A DNA stretch of 64,000 bases, taken from the IMG/VR virus record IMGVR_UViG_3300037313_000284, positions 1 to 64,000 of that record; one strand, given 5' to 3'. The notes below the pieces were generated by a model, which saw only the letters and a list, made by a program, of their open reading frames with translations, was not told where the DNA came from and made no database searches. Of the stretch, positions 17,242 through 26,919 are shown piece by piece. A program made the position numbers and the translations under genes. Source of the stretch: a virus. Numbering within the stretch: the stretch's first letter is position 1; every line of letters begins with the position of its first letter.

Positions 17242-18204
17242 TTAATCGTCGACTTGATCTAGTACACGCCAAGTCGAAGGACCAACGATACCGTCAGCAA
17301 CTAACCCATACATGCGCTGGAACGCCACCACCGCAGCTTCGGTCTTAGGGCCGAAAGCCCCATCCGCAGTAACGTCGTGATAACCGATACGGATTAGCAT
17401 GCTTTGCATTTCCGCAACGTCAGCACCCTTGTCACCACGATCTAGAATACGTTGTGTAGTAGCCAACGCAGGCACTGGAACCGGCTGCTGCATAGTAGTC
17501 TGTTGCTGCACCGGAGCGCCGCTGTTATCAAAGTCTAGATCAGCACGACGACCATGCGCCCACACAGGCGAATTCAAATCATAGTTATTAGCGTCTAGCA
17601 GTGCCCTGAACGTATCCATTCGGTACGTGCAGCGACGAAGTAGCGGGATAGTCGGATGCGTTGCCATCCATTGACGACGGGTCTCCACGTAAGACCTAAT
17701 CCACGTGGCTTCTAGTAATCCTGGCTGTAGACGCTTGTCGATCTTGAACAACGAACCGTGAATAGTGCTGTCATACACCACAGCCATTGCTAGACCAGAA
17801 TAGAATCCCTTGGCGACGCAAAAACGTACCGCAGGATTCCAGTATTGGTCATCGAAATAACCATCCTGCACTTGTGCCATCACGGGGTCGTTACCTGCTT
17901 GGCTTAGCGCGTCGCGCAGCACCGGACTTGCGACAACTGCCGCATTCTTAGCACGGATAGCAGGCAGGAAGCGAGAAATCGCTTCCACCAACTGCCGGTT
18001 AGCATTTGGGTTAGTACAATAGCGGTTGAGCATGAGATACAGCCCACCGCTATTGATAGTAACTTGGTGCTTACCGTAAGTCAGACCGCCTGGATCGCCA
18101 CGAACATTGACGACCATCCCATAGCTTTTGGCGTTGAGACGTCCCGTTTCATGTAGTGTTACGATGTTCTCGATGACCGCCTTTTGGCGTGGCGTAACTT
18201 GCAT
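17242..18204 (-). CDS. endolysin: lysozyme-fold (GH46/chitosanase-like) domain plus C-terminal peptidoglycan-binding domain
   Basis: HETG...GDPGGLTYGKHQ and VVYDSTIHG; C-terminal L.RGDKGADV..MQ..L...ADGAFGPKTEAAV.AFQ...GL.ADGIVG (PG_binding_1). Confidence 0.85.
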   Translation of the reverse strand: MQVTPRQKAVIENIVTLHETGRLNAKSYGMVVNVRGDPGGLTYGKHQVTINSGGLYLMLNRYCTNPNANRQLVEAISRFLPAIRAKNAAVVASPVLRDALSQAGNDPVMAQVQDGYFDDQYWNPAVRFCVAKGFYSGLAMAVVYDSTIHGSLFKIDKRLQPGLLEATWIRSYVETRRQWMATHPTIPLLRRCTYRMDTFRALLDANNYDLNSPVWAHGRRADLDFDNSGAPVQQQTTMQQPVPVPALATTQRILDRGDKGADVAEMQSMLIRIGYHDVTADGAFGPKTEAAVVAFQRMYGLVADGIVGPSTWRVLDQVDD

Positions 18205-18219
18205 TTTATTAGCCTTTTA

Positions 18220-18852
18220 TTAAGTCAGCGATCCCGGTTCGCCCGTGTAGAATTCTAGCCTAACGAAACCGCTACCTGCACCGTCAGAGGTATAATCACC
18301 GGTCCAATCTCCACCGCCATCGTATCGAGGATACAATCGACCACCACCGCCGTAGTCTGAACCTTGCGATAGTTGAGGTTGTGCATAGTTATAACCGAAG
18401 CCACCTAACCCGGCAGACTTAGTATCGGTAGCGTCAGATGCAGGTGCGCCGGACGTAGCCGCCGCGCCCGCCCCGTTATAACCGTCACGTTTTACTGCGC
18501 CGGTGGAGTTTAACGCAAAACCGGGGTTACCGTTACCGCGTCCGCGATCAGCGTAGACGATGTACGTGTTATTAGCACGTCGAACAAAACTATCGCCTAA
18601 CACAGACGCGGTACTGGTTTTACCGACTTGAATGGTTAGAGTTTCGCCGGGCGTGATGGGAATCTTGTTTTTAACTAGAGCCCCACCGCCGCCTTGACTA
18701 TCACCCATGCCGCCGCAGCCTTCGGCCACGGCGACTATGTATTTGATACGCGCGTCATTAGGCACAACGTAGGTGAAGACACCCTCATCGCTGAAAACCT
18801 TAGTTAGCAACATTTCAATTGGGTCAGGAAAAATGTCGGTATAAGTTGTCAT
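18220..18852 (-). CDS. glycine-rich tail-fibre tip/adhesin-like protein
   Basis: G.GG....GGGGA, ITPGETLTIQVG, YGGGG, GAGSGFVRLEF; paralog of the next gene. Confidence 0.6.
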   Translation of the reverse strand: MTTYTDIFPDPIEMLLTKVFSDEGVFTYVVPNDARIKYIVAVAEGCGGMGDSQGGGGALVKNKIPITPGETLTIQVGKTSTASVLGDSFVRRANNTYIVYADRGRGNGNPGFALNSTGAVKRDGYNGAGAAATSGAPASDATDTKSAGLGGFGYNYAQPQLSQGSDYGGGGRLYPRYDGGGDWTGDYTSDGAGSGFVRLEFYTGEPGSLT

Positions 18853-19521
18853 TTACGTGATCCAACCTGGGTCTTTAGTCCAAAAATCAAAGCATATTAA
18901 TCCAGCGCCGGGATAGAATGCCTTCGTGTGACCTGCGTCGTCATATCCGATGTAATGAATACCACCACCACCGGGGCCAGCCGCTGGATAACGCCCAACG
19001 CGTGCACCGCGACCGCCAAACCCGTAGGAATGCGGGTCGTCAAGGTCGCCACCGGACATACCACCTTGTAATAACGCTAAACTACCGACATTACCGTCTC
19101 GTTTAATGTCGCCAATGCAATTAGCCGCAACACCGGGAGTTCCGATGTACTGTTGACCGCTATAGATTACACCAGTACCGCGAGCGGCTTTATTAACCAC
19201 TACGCTACCAGTAACACGGGTGACAATGCTGTCACCCTGCGAACTACCGGCGTCAAACGAGAACTTTGGGTTGCCGACCTGATAACTAAACGTATCAGAA
19301 TCAACAATGTTGGTAAGCTTCGTCCTAGCGAACGCCGCACCACCACCCATACGATTGTTGTTATTAGCCCAACCTCCGGCACCCACTGAACTAATAATAA
19401 GACAGCGCGTGCCTGGAGGAACGGGGATTACCCCGGTAGTCATACCCGCCGGATTACTGTTACGGTAAAACTTCCGAGACAGATTTTCCGGCGGCGAGAA
19501 AATCTCAGTGTATGTCGTCAC
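18853..19521 (-). CDS. glycine-rich tail-fibre tip/adhesin-like protein
   Basis: GAGG....GGGAAF, PGGGG, GAGLICFDFW; shares the N-terminus MTTYT.IF. Confidence 0.6.
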   Translation of the reverse strand: MTTYTEIFSPPENLSRKFYRNSNPAGMTTGVIPVPPGTRCLIISSVGAGGWANNNNRMGGGAAFARTKLTNIVDSDTFSYQVGNPKFSFDAGSSQGDSIVTRVTGSVVVNKAARGTGVIYSGQQYIGTPGVAANCIGDIKRDGNVGSLALLQGGMSGGDLDDPHSYGFGGRGARVGRYPAAGPGGGGIHYIGYDDAGHTKAFYPGAGLICFDFWTKDPGWIT

Positions 19522-20351
19522 TGCTTAACTCTCCACGAGTTAATATTAGCGTCGAACACCAACAGCAGACCAACATTGTCTTTGGTCATGATGAAATCTT
19601 CTGCCTTACGGGCGATGTTCTTACCGTTACGATTAATCGTCAGGTAACGCGTTCCAAAATCACCGAGTATTTCGACTTGGGCCTTATCAGCAGGCGCAGC
19701 CGGAAGCACAATAGTAAACGCCGCAGAGTCCGTGTTGCAGATAAGTCTGTCACCCGCCTGTACTGCGTAGTTATTATTAGTGTGGTTGATGTGCGACCAA
19801 GCGCCCGCACCGCCACCGCCACCGGTGCCCGCTGCGCGCCATGTCGTGCCATCCCACCATTCTAGAATATCTAGTGTAGTGTTATGCCAGATAAAGCCGT
19901 GCAGCGGCGTACCCGGACGTTGTGCCGTCGGACCATAGCTCATAATAACACCGCCCTGACCACTATAGGTCAGAGCACCGTTGAGCAACAGGCCGGTAGC
20001 GGTAAAGCGGGCGATCAGGATACCCTTAATGACTACACCAACGTCACCATCACCGCCCGGTTCACAGAGACCGGAAGGCGATGCAGTATTGGTATTAATC
20101 TGATAACCAGGAGCCGCTGCTTCGCTACCGCTCTTAACACTAACGATATTCTGAATGATACCGGGCGTGTTAGAGTAATCGACAACGACAGTCGTATGCG
20201 TCGTCTGCACGAGGTGCGGGCTAGAGGTACCCGTACCGATCATTAACAGATTGGTATCGGTAGAAATACCGGGTTCAGCAAAGGCTAACGACGGTAGTTC
20301 GGCAAGAGTAGGCGCGGCCCCGTTATTAAAAAGGATTCGTTTAGCGAGCAT
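19518..20351 (-). CDS. tail fibre protein
   Basis: N-terminal LAFAEPG..TD...L.IG module, central WHNTT...LEWWDG, and C-terminal AGDRLI.NT..AAFTIVLPA.P...LTINRNG fibre domain. Confidence 0.7.
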   Translation of the reverse strand: MLAKRILFNNGAAPTLAELPSLAFAEPGISTDTNLLMIGTGTSSPHLVQTTHTTVVVDYSNTPGIIQNIVSVKSGSEAAAPGYQINTNTASPSGLCEPGGDGDVGVVIKGILIARFTATGLLLNGALTYSGQGGVIMSYGPTAQRPGTPLHGFIWHNTTLDILEWWDGTTWRAAGTGGGGGAGAWSHINHTNNNYAVQAGDRLICNTDSAAFTIVLPAAPADKAQVEILGDFGTRYLTINRNGKNIARKAEDFIMTKDNVGLLLVFDANINSWRVKQ

Positions 20352-20367
20352 TTGTCAATCCTATATA

Positions 20368-20895
20368 CTAAAGCGTAGGCGCTTCGGGGAAGGCCGGGTC
20401 GAGAGTCGTTAGGTTCAACGAAATTGGCGCGTTGAACAGCGCGTTAATATCACCGATAGTCGCAGTGTTAGCCACGATTTTCCGCAACAGGGCTTTGATA
20501 TTCCACAACAGTGACATAATGGCTACCCAATGCGCGTAACCAATAACAACAGTGTCAGAACCGGCTGCGTTGCGCATCATTAGGCCGCCTCGAATCATTA
20601 CACCCGAGTTGTGCACCGCAAAAATCTCGCTAGCTCCGACCTTCCATGAAATACCAGAGGTCGTGAATTTTAAGCTATAGTTACCGTCAGAACTTACTAA
20701 CCCTGTGTCGTTATCGAACTCAAGGTCGCCCTCTGTAGTGGCTTTCGGAAACCAAACCGCCTTGTTGGCTCCAATGCCAACACCGAAGCGTTTATTAGCT
20801 GGATCAAACACCGGCTCACCGGGTAGTACGGGAGTGAACCCCGTACTACCGAAGCCTAATTGTCTAGATTGAATACGTACGCCTTGCATAGACAA
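20368..20895 (-). CDS. tail fibre-associated protein
   Basis: Shares the GEP.FD....GIG module and the C-terminal helix with 20907..22583. Confidence 0.55.
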   Translation of the reverse strand: MSMQGVRIQSRQLGFGSTGFTPVLPGEPVFDPANKRFGVGIGANKAVWFPKATTEGDLEFDNDTGLVSSDGNYSLKFTTSGISWKVGASEIFAVHNSGVMIRGGLMMRNAAGSDTVVIGYAHWVAIMSLLWNIKALLRKIVANTATIGDINALFNAPISLNLTTLDPAFPEAPTL

Positions 20896-20906
20896 ACTTT
20901 CTTTTA

Positions 20907-22583
20907 CTAAGACGCGCCACGTTTAATGTATGGGGCCGGGTAATATCCACGGTTAGCCATAAACGAACCGACATAAACGTCTTCGAGATAAACGTGGGTC
21001 GAGGTTTTGTCGCGAACATACAACCTTGTTACTAACGTGGTGTGGTCAAAGGAAGGCCCCGACACCCACAGTCGATAACAATCGTTACCCATCGGAATAA
21101 GACCGCCCTGCCAAGACGTATTTGGCATGGTCAGGGTAACGGCTAGTGTAGTCCAATTAATAAGAACAAGACCTTCCTGCGCAGGCGTTGCACCACCAGT
21201 GAAGGTCAAAGACAGCATAGACGTCGGCGACGTGCCTTTACGGACGATGACCGAAGCGCAGTATTTGTAACCTGCGATTACGGTGGCGCTCTTCTGCATG
21301 TACGCAGCACTCACCAGACTATCGCCTAGCAGATTGATTAACTGCGACATAGAAAGCTTGCTGTCGTAGTTCGCTTTCGTCTGTGAAACCAGCTTAGCTC
21401 TATTAACAGTAGCTGTGACTTGGGCCGTTGTGGTATCCACCGGCGGGTTACCAACCGTCCCGTTTTCAGCTTGCAATTCATCAAGATAGACACCGGAAAC
21501 ACCGTCGCCTAAGTAGGTGGTGTTATCGCTATCGTCTAAGAGGTTCTCGGTAAGCAGAGTAGTGGACGCCGAGTTATTACTAGTGACCACCATCGCGATC
21601 CAATACCAGCCGTTATCCAGCTTTATTACGCGAGCCGTAGCACCACCCGTCGTGCTGACTACTGAGCCGTTACCATTCAAGTTGAAGATAGCCGACGCGC
21701 CGCTAGGTGTAATAAACGTGTTGGATACCGACAGTCTATAGTGTGTGCGCCCCTTGGGTTTCACCTTACGATGGAACATGATGGGTTCGTTGGACACGAT
21801 GCCGGTAATGTTCTGCGCTATCGAGTGTGCGGAGTTAGCAGTATTTTCAATAATCTCATCAGCGGATTGGTCACCGCGCGGGGAGAACGTTACGTTCTTA
21901 TTAGAGCTAACACCAACATGCGAATAAGAAGCTACGTCGATATCACGACTACGAAGTGCTAAGTTGATTACCGATTTAGGATCAAACACATCGCCAGTGA
22001 ATAACTCTGAGTTCAGCAGCAAGTTAGAGTCGTTACCGTAGATTTCCGAGAAGACGGAGTCCAGCTTGGTTAGGTCTTTCGGCGGGTCGAAAAGTTTGGC
22101 GATTTGCGCATTAGTAAGCGTGTCGTCGTATGCCTGCTTCAGAACTTCCTGAATATTAAATAGCATAGCAACGGCGGCTTTAAGATGCCCGTGGCCCATT
22201 CGGACTAACGTAATATTCGCGTTATTCTTAACGTCGATGTAGTTCGTGGCTTTCACCATGAACGAACTGACTTGCAGAATAGGAACAGTCTGCATCGCCA
22301 TGCGATTATGGTATAGCCGATGACCAAGGGCATCCCGCAGTGGTGTCTTATCCGCCAGCAGATCGCCGTTAAAGTTTCCGCTAATAACGCTGAGACCCTT
22401 AGACGCTCCAATGCCAATAGAGAGGACGTAGTTAACCGGGTCGAACCCCGGCTCCCCTAACGAAAGCAAATCTGACCTATAGTAACCGCCGCCAACACGA
22501 ATGGCTTTAGGGCTGTTAGCATAGTGGTTGTCATGCAGCCGGAATTGAAGGGAGTAAACGTTACCGTCGATGACAGCCGACAT
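20907..22583 (-). CDS. tail fibre/spike protein with two carbohydrate-binding-like beta-sandwich domains
   Basis: GEPGFD module; NLL.NSE.F, NGWYWI, GVYL..LQAE.G, and a second copy NDCYRL...PYI. Confidence 0.6.
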   Translation of the reverse strand: MSAVIDGNVYSLQFRLHDNHYANSPKAIRVGGGYYRSDLLSLGEPGFDPVNYVLSIGIGASKGLSVISGNFNGDLLADKTPLRDALGHRLYHNRMAMQTVPILQVSSFMVKATNYIDVKNNANITLVRMGHGHLKAAVAMLFNIQEVLKQAYDDTLTNAQIAKLFDPPKDLTKLDSVFSEIYGNDSNLLLNSELFTGDVFDPKSVINLALRSRDIDVASYSHVGVSSNKNVTFSPRGDQSADEIIENTANSAHSIAQNITGIVSNEPIMFHRKVKPKGRTHYRLSVSNTFITPSGASAIFNLNGNGSVVSTTGGATARVIKLDNGWYWIAMVVTSNNSASTTLLTENLLDDSDNTTYLGDGVSGVYLDELQAENGTVGNPPVDTTTAQVTATVNRAKLVSQTKANYDSKLSMSQLINLLGDSLVSAAYMQKSATVIAGYKYCASVIVRKGTSPTSMLSLTFTGGATPAQEGLVLINWTTLAVTLTMPNTSWQGGLIPMGNDCYRLWVSGPSFDHTTLVTRLYVRDKTSTHVYLEDVYVGSFMANRGYYPAPYIKRGAS

Positions 22584-22586
22584 AGC

Positions 22587-23411
22587 CTATATGCTCCAAG
22601 TACCGCCATTAACTAAATTGGTATTATTCCCGCTCTCCCAATTGGCACCGCCCTCGATAATGTCATCGAAATCGTTGCTAGTTAAATGGAAGAAACCGCC
22701 GAAGACGACTTCAACGTTATCGACAGCATACCAGTCGCCCTGGTATCCACCGCTAATAACACCAAAGTTATGTGCATCCACAGGCCAAGAAAGCGCGAAA
22801 CCCCACCATTGGTTATCGCCTGCGCGGGCGGCGATAAGCGCAGGTGCGCCGGTGTCCGGCGTTTGCAATAGAATCTGGTGCGAGTATAGCGATGCACCAG
22901 GGTCCACTAAGTTATTAATATTGTCGACGCTAGGAATGGCAGTGAAGTGCGTATTGCCAACCGTAACGCTAGCCACTCCGATTTGCGTTTGCAGTTGAAT
23001 TACTAACTTGACCACGTAATGGCGGCCGGTTTCACCCGGCGCACCACCTAACGCTTCGTTTTTAGTCTTGTAGATCGTCTCGGGGAACATCACGACGGCT
23101 AGCAACCGTTCAGTGTCTGTAACCGGGTCGATAATCTTGAGCGCCACGTTACCGATAAAGAAATCGCCAATCGTGTCGTCTAGCACGATATTAAAAACGG
23201 CAAGGCCGTTCTCTTGCTCTAGCAACACGCGGCTAGAGCTACCGGTGTAGATCGCAGTCGGGATTGCTGAAGTGGCTCCCGAAGGAACCACCTCGTTAGC
23301 AGCCGCCCCTAACTCCCATTTGGAGATTACTATCTCGTTGCCGGAAGTCACCGCGTTGGTAATTGCGTCAAGGCCACCTTGCAACAAGGTAGCAATAGCA
23401 GTCGTAGTCAT
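22587..23411 (-). CDS. baseplate-proximal tail fibre/collar protein
   Basis: G...I.NA...G..I.I..W.LG and GDFFIGNVAL pattern of the N-terminal fibre-attachment domain. Confidence 0.6.
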   Translation of the reverse strand: MTTTAIATLLQGGLDAITNAVTSGNEIVISKWELGAAANEVVPSGATSAIPTAIYTGSSSRVLLEQENGLAVFNIVLDDTIGDFFIGNVALKIIDPVTDTERLLAVVMFPETIYKTKNEALGGAPGETGRHYVVKLVIQLQTQIGVASVTVGNTHFTAIPSVDNINNLVDPGASLYSHQILLQTPDTGAPALIAARAGDNQWWGFALSWPVDAHNFGVISGGYQGDWYAVDNVEVVFGGFFHLTSNDFDDIIEGGANWESGNNTNLVNGGTWSI

Positions 23412-25741
23412 TAGACGCTCCTAACAGTGCAATCGACAAGCAAGTCTTTCACTGAGTTTTCGGTAGTTACCCGCACAACTAGCTGCACGCGCACATCAGG
23501 ATCGGAGAACGTTGCCTTGATCCTAAAGGTATCAGCGGGAGCCACGTTACCGATATTAACCGGTGTGACGACCCCTGCTTGTGTGGCTAGAGAGAACGTA
23601 ACCGCTGCGGCCCAAGGTCCAAACTTTTCTAGCTGGATCGAGAAGCCGTTAGTAGCAGTACCAGTAACCACCAAGCCCATGATCTCTAGCGAAGTCGCCG
23701 CGTTGATCGTAGGATTGGGCGAGGCCATTAAGGTCAGCCAATCGCCAGTCATGGTATACGGGGAACCGCTACTCGGAACCGTAACTACCGATCGATTGAT
23801 CAAGTAGTTATTAGCCATGTCTCCGAACGAATGTAATCCGATGGAGTTGGTCAACGCTCCGGGGTAAGCAATAGTCGGTAACGAGCCTTTGCTTTGCGGC
23901 GTAGTATCAGGGCCGAACGTTGCCGCAAGATCGAAGACACCTTGCAAGAACTTCGTACCAAAGCTGGTAACACCCTCAACACCCAAGCTGATAGCCGGTA
24001 ATACTTCCGACATATTATAACTAGCGGCTCGACCATCCAGTCTAGCACGGAAGCTAATAATGTCGTTCTCTTTTACCGTGAACGTTACGAAGCTTTCCGG
24101 CGTCAGCGGGGTAGCAATCGAACCCATGTCTACGTCGTTTTTGTAGACCTTGAGGTAGGTATTGGCTAAACCGCTAACACCACGTCGAATAACTGTTTTA
24201 CCATCCGGATCAACGTAATCCGCAGGCAAGTAGCTAGCCGCACCCGGACTAGCCTGATTACCGAAGGTATAACCGATACCGCCCGAACCACCTAAGCTAG
24301 GCTTAACTCGGATAGTAATAGCAAGCTCTTGCGGCTCGCCATAAATGTCATAGCCTAAGCCGGTGATGCGCTGTTCCGGAGAGTATTCATCCCAGGTGTA
24401 ACCACTAATTCGGCGAGCCATTAGACCAAAGTCTAACTTGTCCGGCGTAGTAGGCACCGTGCAGCTGATGTGCATATTAACTTTGCCAATCAACCACGTG
24501 GGTTTGTTGTCCACGTCTGCGCTTACCGGAGCCTCGTTAAGTTCGGCGTAGATATAACCCGTCAATGACGAGATCGGGCCTTGCAAGGTTCCTTCCAACT
24601 GTAGCGTATCACCATGCCTAATAACAATTGGAGGTGTATTGCGCTTTACGCCACGGCGCAGCAAGTTGTAGCGCGTGGTGTTGTGGATTAAGAAAAGTTG
24701 CTGATCGCCACCGAGCAACGCCAAGTCCGCGACTTTGATGCTGCAAAGATATTGCTGATCGGTATTCGGAAGCACGCTTACAGTTACCGGCGTCGTGGTA
24801 GCCGTCCAGCTAGCCACGTCCTTTTTAGTAAAGGTCAGTGTAGGTAAGCTAGTCTGTCTAGGTTGTCCGGTAATCACCACCCCTTGTTCCACGTTATTAA
24901 TCGTGATGGGTGGTGGTGCAATGGTTCCGTAGTCTAGCAGCCCGTCATCAAGCACAGCGTCGGCTAGTGGTAGAAGCTCTTCGCGTGGTGCTTGGTAGTT
25001 ATCATGCAATGGATAAGCGAACCACCTAGCCGCCCCCAGATTGCGGTAAGCGATAGCCGGTAGTCCGGTTCGGCTATGGTGTTCAATGATGGCCGCGCCG
25101 TAAGCTTTCGCAATCGGGTCGTCGAGTTCCTTTTCCGTGTTGACGGTTAGTATGTCGACGACGGCTTCGAAAGCGAAATCACGACGGTCAAAGTTATTGA
25201 ACAAACCACCAGCAAAGATAGGGAGCCGCACGTCAAAGAAGTGCGGGTGTTCCGTCTCTAGCTTCCAGTGCACGTCAGCCACAGAGGTAAAGCCCATAAA
25301 TAGTAAGACTTCACCGCCGTGGTCATCGTCGTACACGTCTTGGTATTGCTGATAGGCTTGCGCGCCCATTGAAGCATACGGATACGGCCCGGTGTTCTTC
25401 GCATAAACGAAGATACTACCGATGGGCATATCTTCAGCCCCGTTCGGCACGCGGAAGATCAAACCGCCATCGTTATTACGAACGCGCCAATAGCCAATGT
25501 CATCCATCGTCCCGTTATAAACGACCGCATCGTTCAGGATGATGGAGTTAACATTCGGCGTCCAGGTCGGTTCGTAGTTGAGGGCACGGAACTGTTGAAC
25601 AGTTTTACCGCCTTGCTTCTGGCCGCTCAGCGTGTAGATATCCGAAGCTCTAATCTCGAAACGCGTGATTTCTAGTCGCACGTTTCGAGTTAGTGCCGCG
25701 TACCACGCCTCTTCGCCAGCCTGTGTCCAGAATAGGCGCAC
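23411..25741 (-). CDS. large tail fibre/baseplate structural protein
   Basis: N-terminus paralogous to 22587..23411; beta-rich; follows the baseplate wedge genes. Confidence 0.6.
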   Translation of the reverse strand: MRLFWTQAGEEAWYAALTRNVRLEITRFEIRASDIYTLSGQKQGGKTVQQFRALNYEPTWTPNVNSIILNDAVVYNGTMDDIGYWRVRNNDGGLIFRVPNGAEDMPIGSIFVYAKNTGPYPYASMGAQAYQQYQDVYDDDHGGEVLLFMGFTSVADVHWKLETEHPHFFDVRLPIFAGGLFNNFDRRDFAFEAVVDILTVNTEKELDDPIAKAYGAAIIEHHSRTGLPAIAYRNLGAARWFAYPLHDNYQAPREELLPLADAVLDDGLLDYGTIAPPPITINNVEQGVVITGQPRQTSLPTLTFTKKDVASWTATTTPVTVSVLPNTDQQYLCSIKVADLALLGGDQQLFLIHNTTRYNLLRRGVKRNTPPIVIRHGDTLQLEGTLQGPISSLTGYIYAELNEAPVSADVDNKPTWLIGKVNMHISCTVPTTPDKLDFGLMARRISGYTWDEYSPEQRITGLGYDIYGEPQELAITIRVKPSLGGSGGIGYTFGNQASPGAASYLPADYVDPDGKTVIRRGVSGLANTYLKVYKNDVDMGSIATPLTPESFVTFTVKENDIISFRARLDGRAASYNMSEVLPAISLGVEGVTSFGTKFLQGVFDLAATFGPDTTPQSKGSLPTIAYPGALTNSIGLHSFGDMANNYLINRSVVTVPSSGSPYTMTGDWLTLMASPNPTINAATSLEIMGLVVTGTATNGFSIQLEKFGPWAAAVTFSLATQAGVVTPVNIGNVAPADTFRIKATFSDPDVRVQLVVRVTTENSVKDLLVDCTVRSV

Positions 25742-25756
25742 GGAAACCTCATAAGT

Positions 25757-26911
25757 CTAAGTTATTTGCACTGACACGCCCGTGGTCGGCACTTCGGCTA
25801 GGAACCAAATGCCACCGTCCCATATCCCATTAGGCGGGAAACTAAACGAGTCCTCAGGATCATCACTAGGCGCGATATAAAGGCCGTGGTTCTTAACGTA
25901 ACCGACAGGATCGCTAGGATCAGCAATAGTCGGATCGCGTTCTAATATCCATACACCGTGTGGACCCATGGCCGAGATAGTTACACCGTTTGGATTCAAA
26001 TTAGGCGGCACCAAAAGCATTGGTTTATTAACAACAGCCGCAGTAAATCGATATTTTATATTCTGTGACTGAGTAGCTTTTTGCGGCCGCCAAATGATGC
26101 CTTCAATCATCCCGGTTAAGGGAACGGCAGCGGCGTAGGCGAGGCCACGCGAACGCACTGTCTCAATCATGCGTCGAAGCACAAGATGGATAGGCGCTAG
26201 CGCGTAAAAGAGACGTTGCAATTCTTCGATGTTAGTATCGGCGAACGCATCGTAATACATATCGTAATGGAAGGTGGGATAATATTTCCCGCCGTTCCAT
26301 ATTGGTGTCATGTTGTCTTGCTTACGCTCTAAGACGTCGTATTCAGTTAAGCCGTCGTCCACCGTCCATAGCTGCACCAAATCGATGCGGATATCACGGA
26401 TAAAGCCGAGGAACTTAGCGAGTTCGTCTTTCGAGCCGGACTTAGGCCAATACTGATTAATAAACAAGATAACGCGGGCGTAGTCGGCGTCGCTCAAATC
26501 GTCAGAGAAGAAATCAAAGCCTAAATGCTTGGCCTCTTGTACTAACAGCGGACGGTCGTGGAAACGATTAGCGCTAGCGGCGTAAGTGGTACCGTCTAGG
26601 TCCATATAGAGTTGCGCACCGCCGTTATCATCGTCAGGCAGGACCACGCGGACGTTAGCCACGCGTTCCCGGTCAGCGATCATTTGCGGTAGCGTCATGC
26701 CTCCGTTTTCACTAACTGCCGCAATGTCGGTGAACCCTCTAGGGTCCACCACATCGCCGCGCAGGTAGCGATACGGATTACTAATCGCGTTCATCGCTTG
26801 GTCGTTTGCCGTACCGACCGTAGTATTGATAAGGTCTTCCACCGCCTCGGCTAGACTTTTCCAAAGCGGATTGGATCGCATCTTGCGGTTTAGAAGGTTC
26901 GCGATATCCAT
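25757..26911 (-). CDS. baseplate wedge protein (P2 gpI / T4 gp7-like)
   Basis: Follows the gp6/J homolog; LGFDF...YW..SGS...F..F...LWT pattern. Confidence 0.65.
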   Translation of the reverse strand: MDIANLLNRKMRSNPLWKSLAEAVEDLINTTVGTANDQAMNAISNPYRYLRGDVVDPRGFTDIAAVSENGGMTLPQMIADRERVANVRVVLPDDDNGGAQLYMDLDGTTYAASANRFHDRPLLVQEAKHLGFDFFSDDLSDADYARVILFINQYWPKSGSKDELAKFLGFIRDIRIDLVQLWTVDDGLTEYDVLERKQDNMTPIWNGGKYYPTFHYDMYYDAFADTNIEELQRLFYALAPIHLVLRRMIETVRSRGLAYAAAVPLTGMIEGIIWRPQKATQSQNIKYRFTAAVVNKPMLLVPPNLNPNGVTISAMGPHGVWILERDPTIADPSDPVGYVKNHGLYIAPSDDPEDSFSFPPNGIWDGGIWFLAEVPTTGVSVQIT

Positions 26912-26919
26912 TCCACTAA

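Noticed and set aside
18220-19521. Diversity-generating retroelement or invertible shufflon for the twin adhesins
   Set aside because: There is no reverse transcriptase or recombinase in the window, no near-identical template/variable repeat and no flanking inverted sites.
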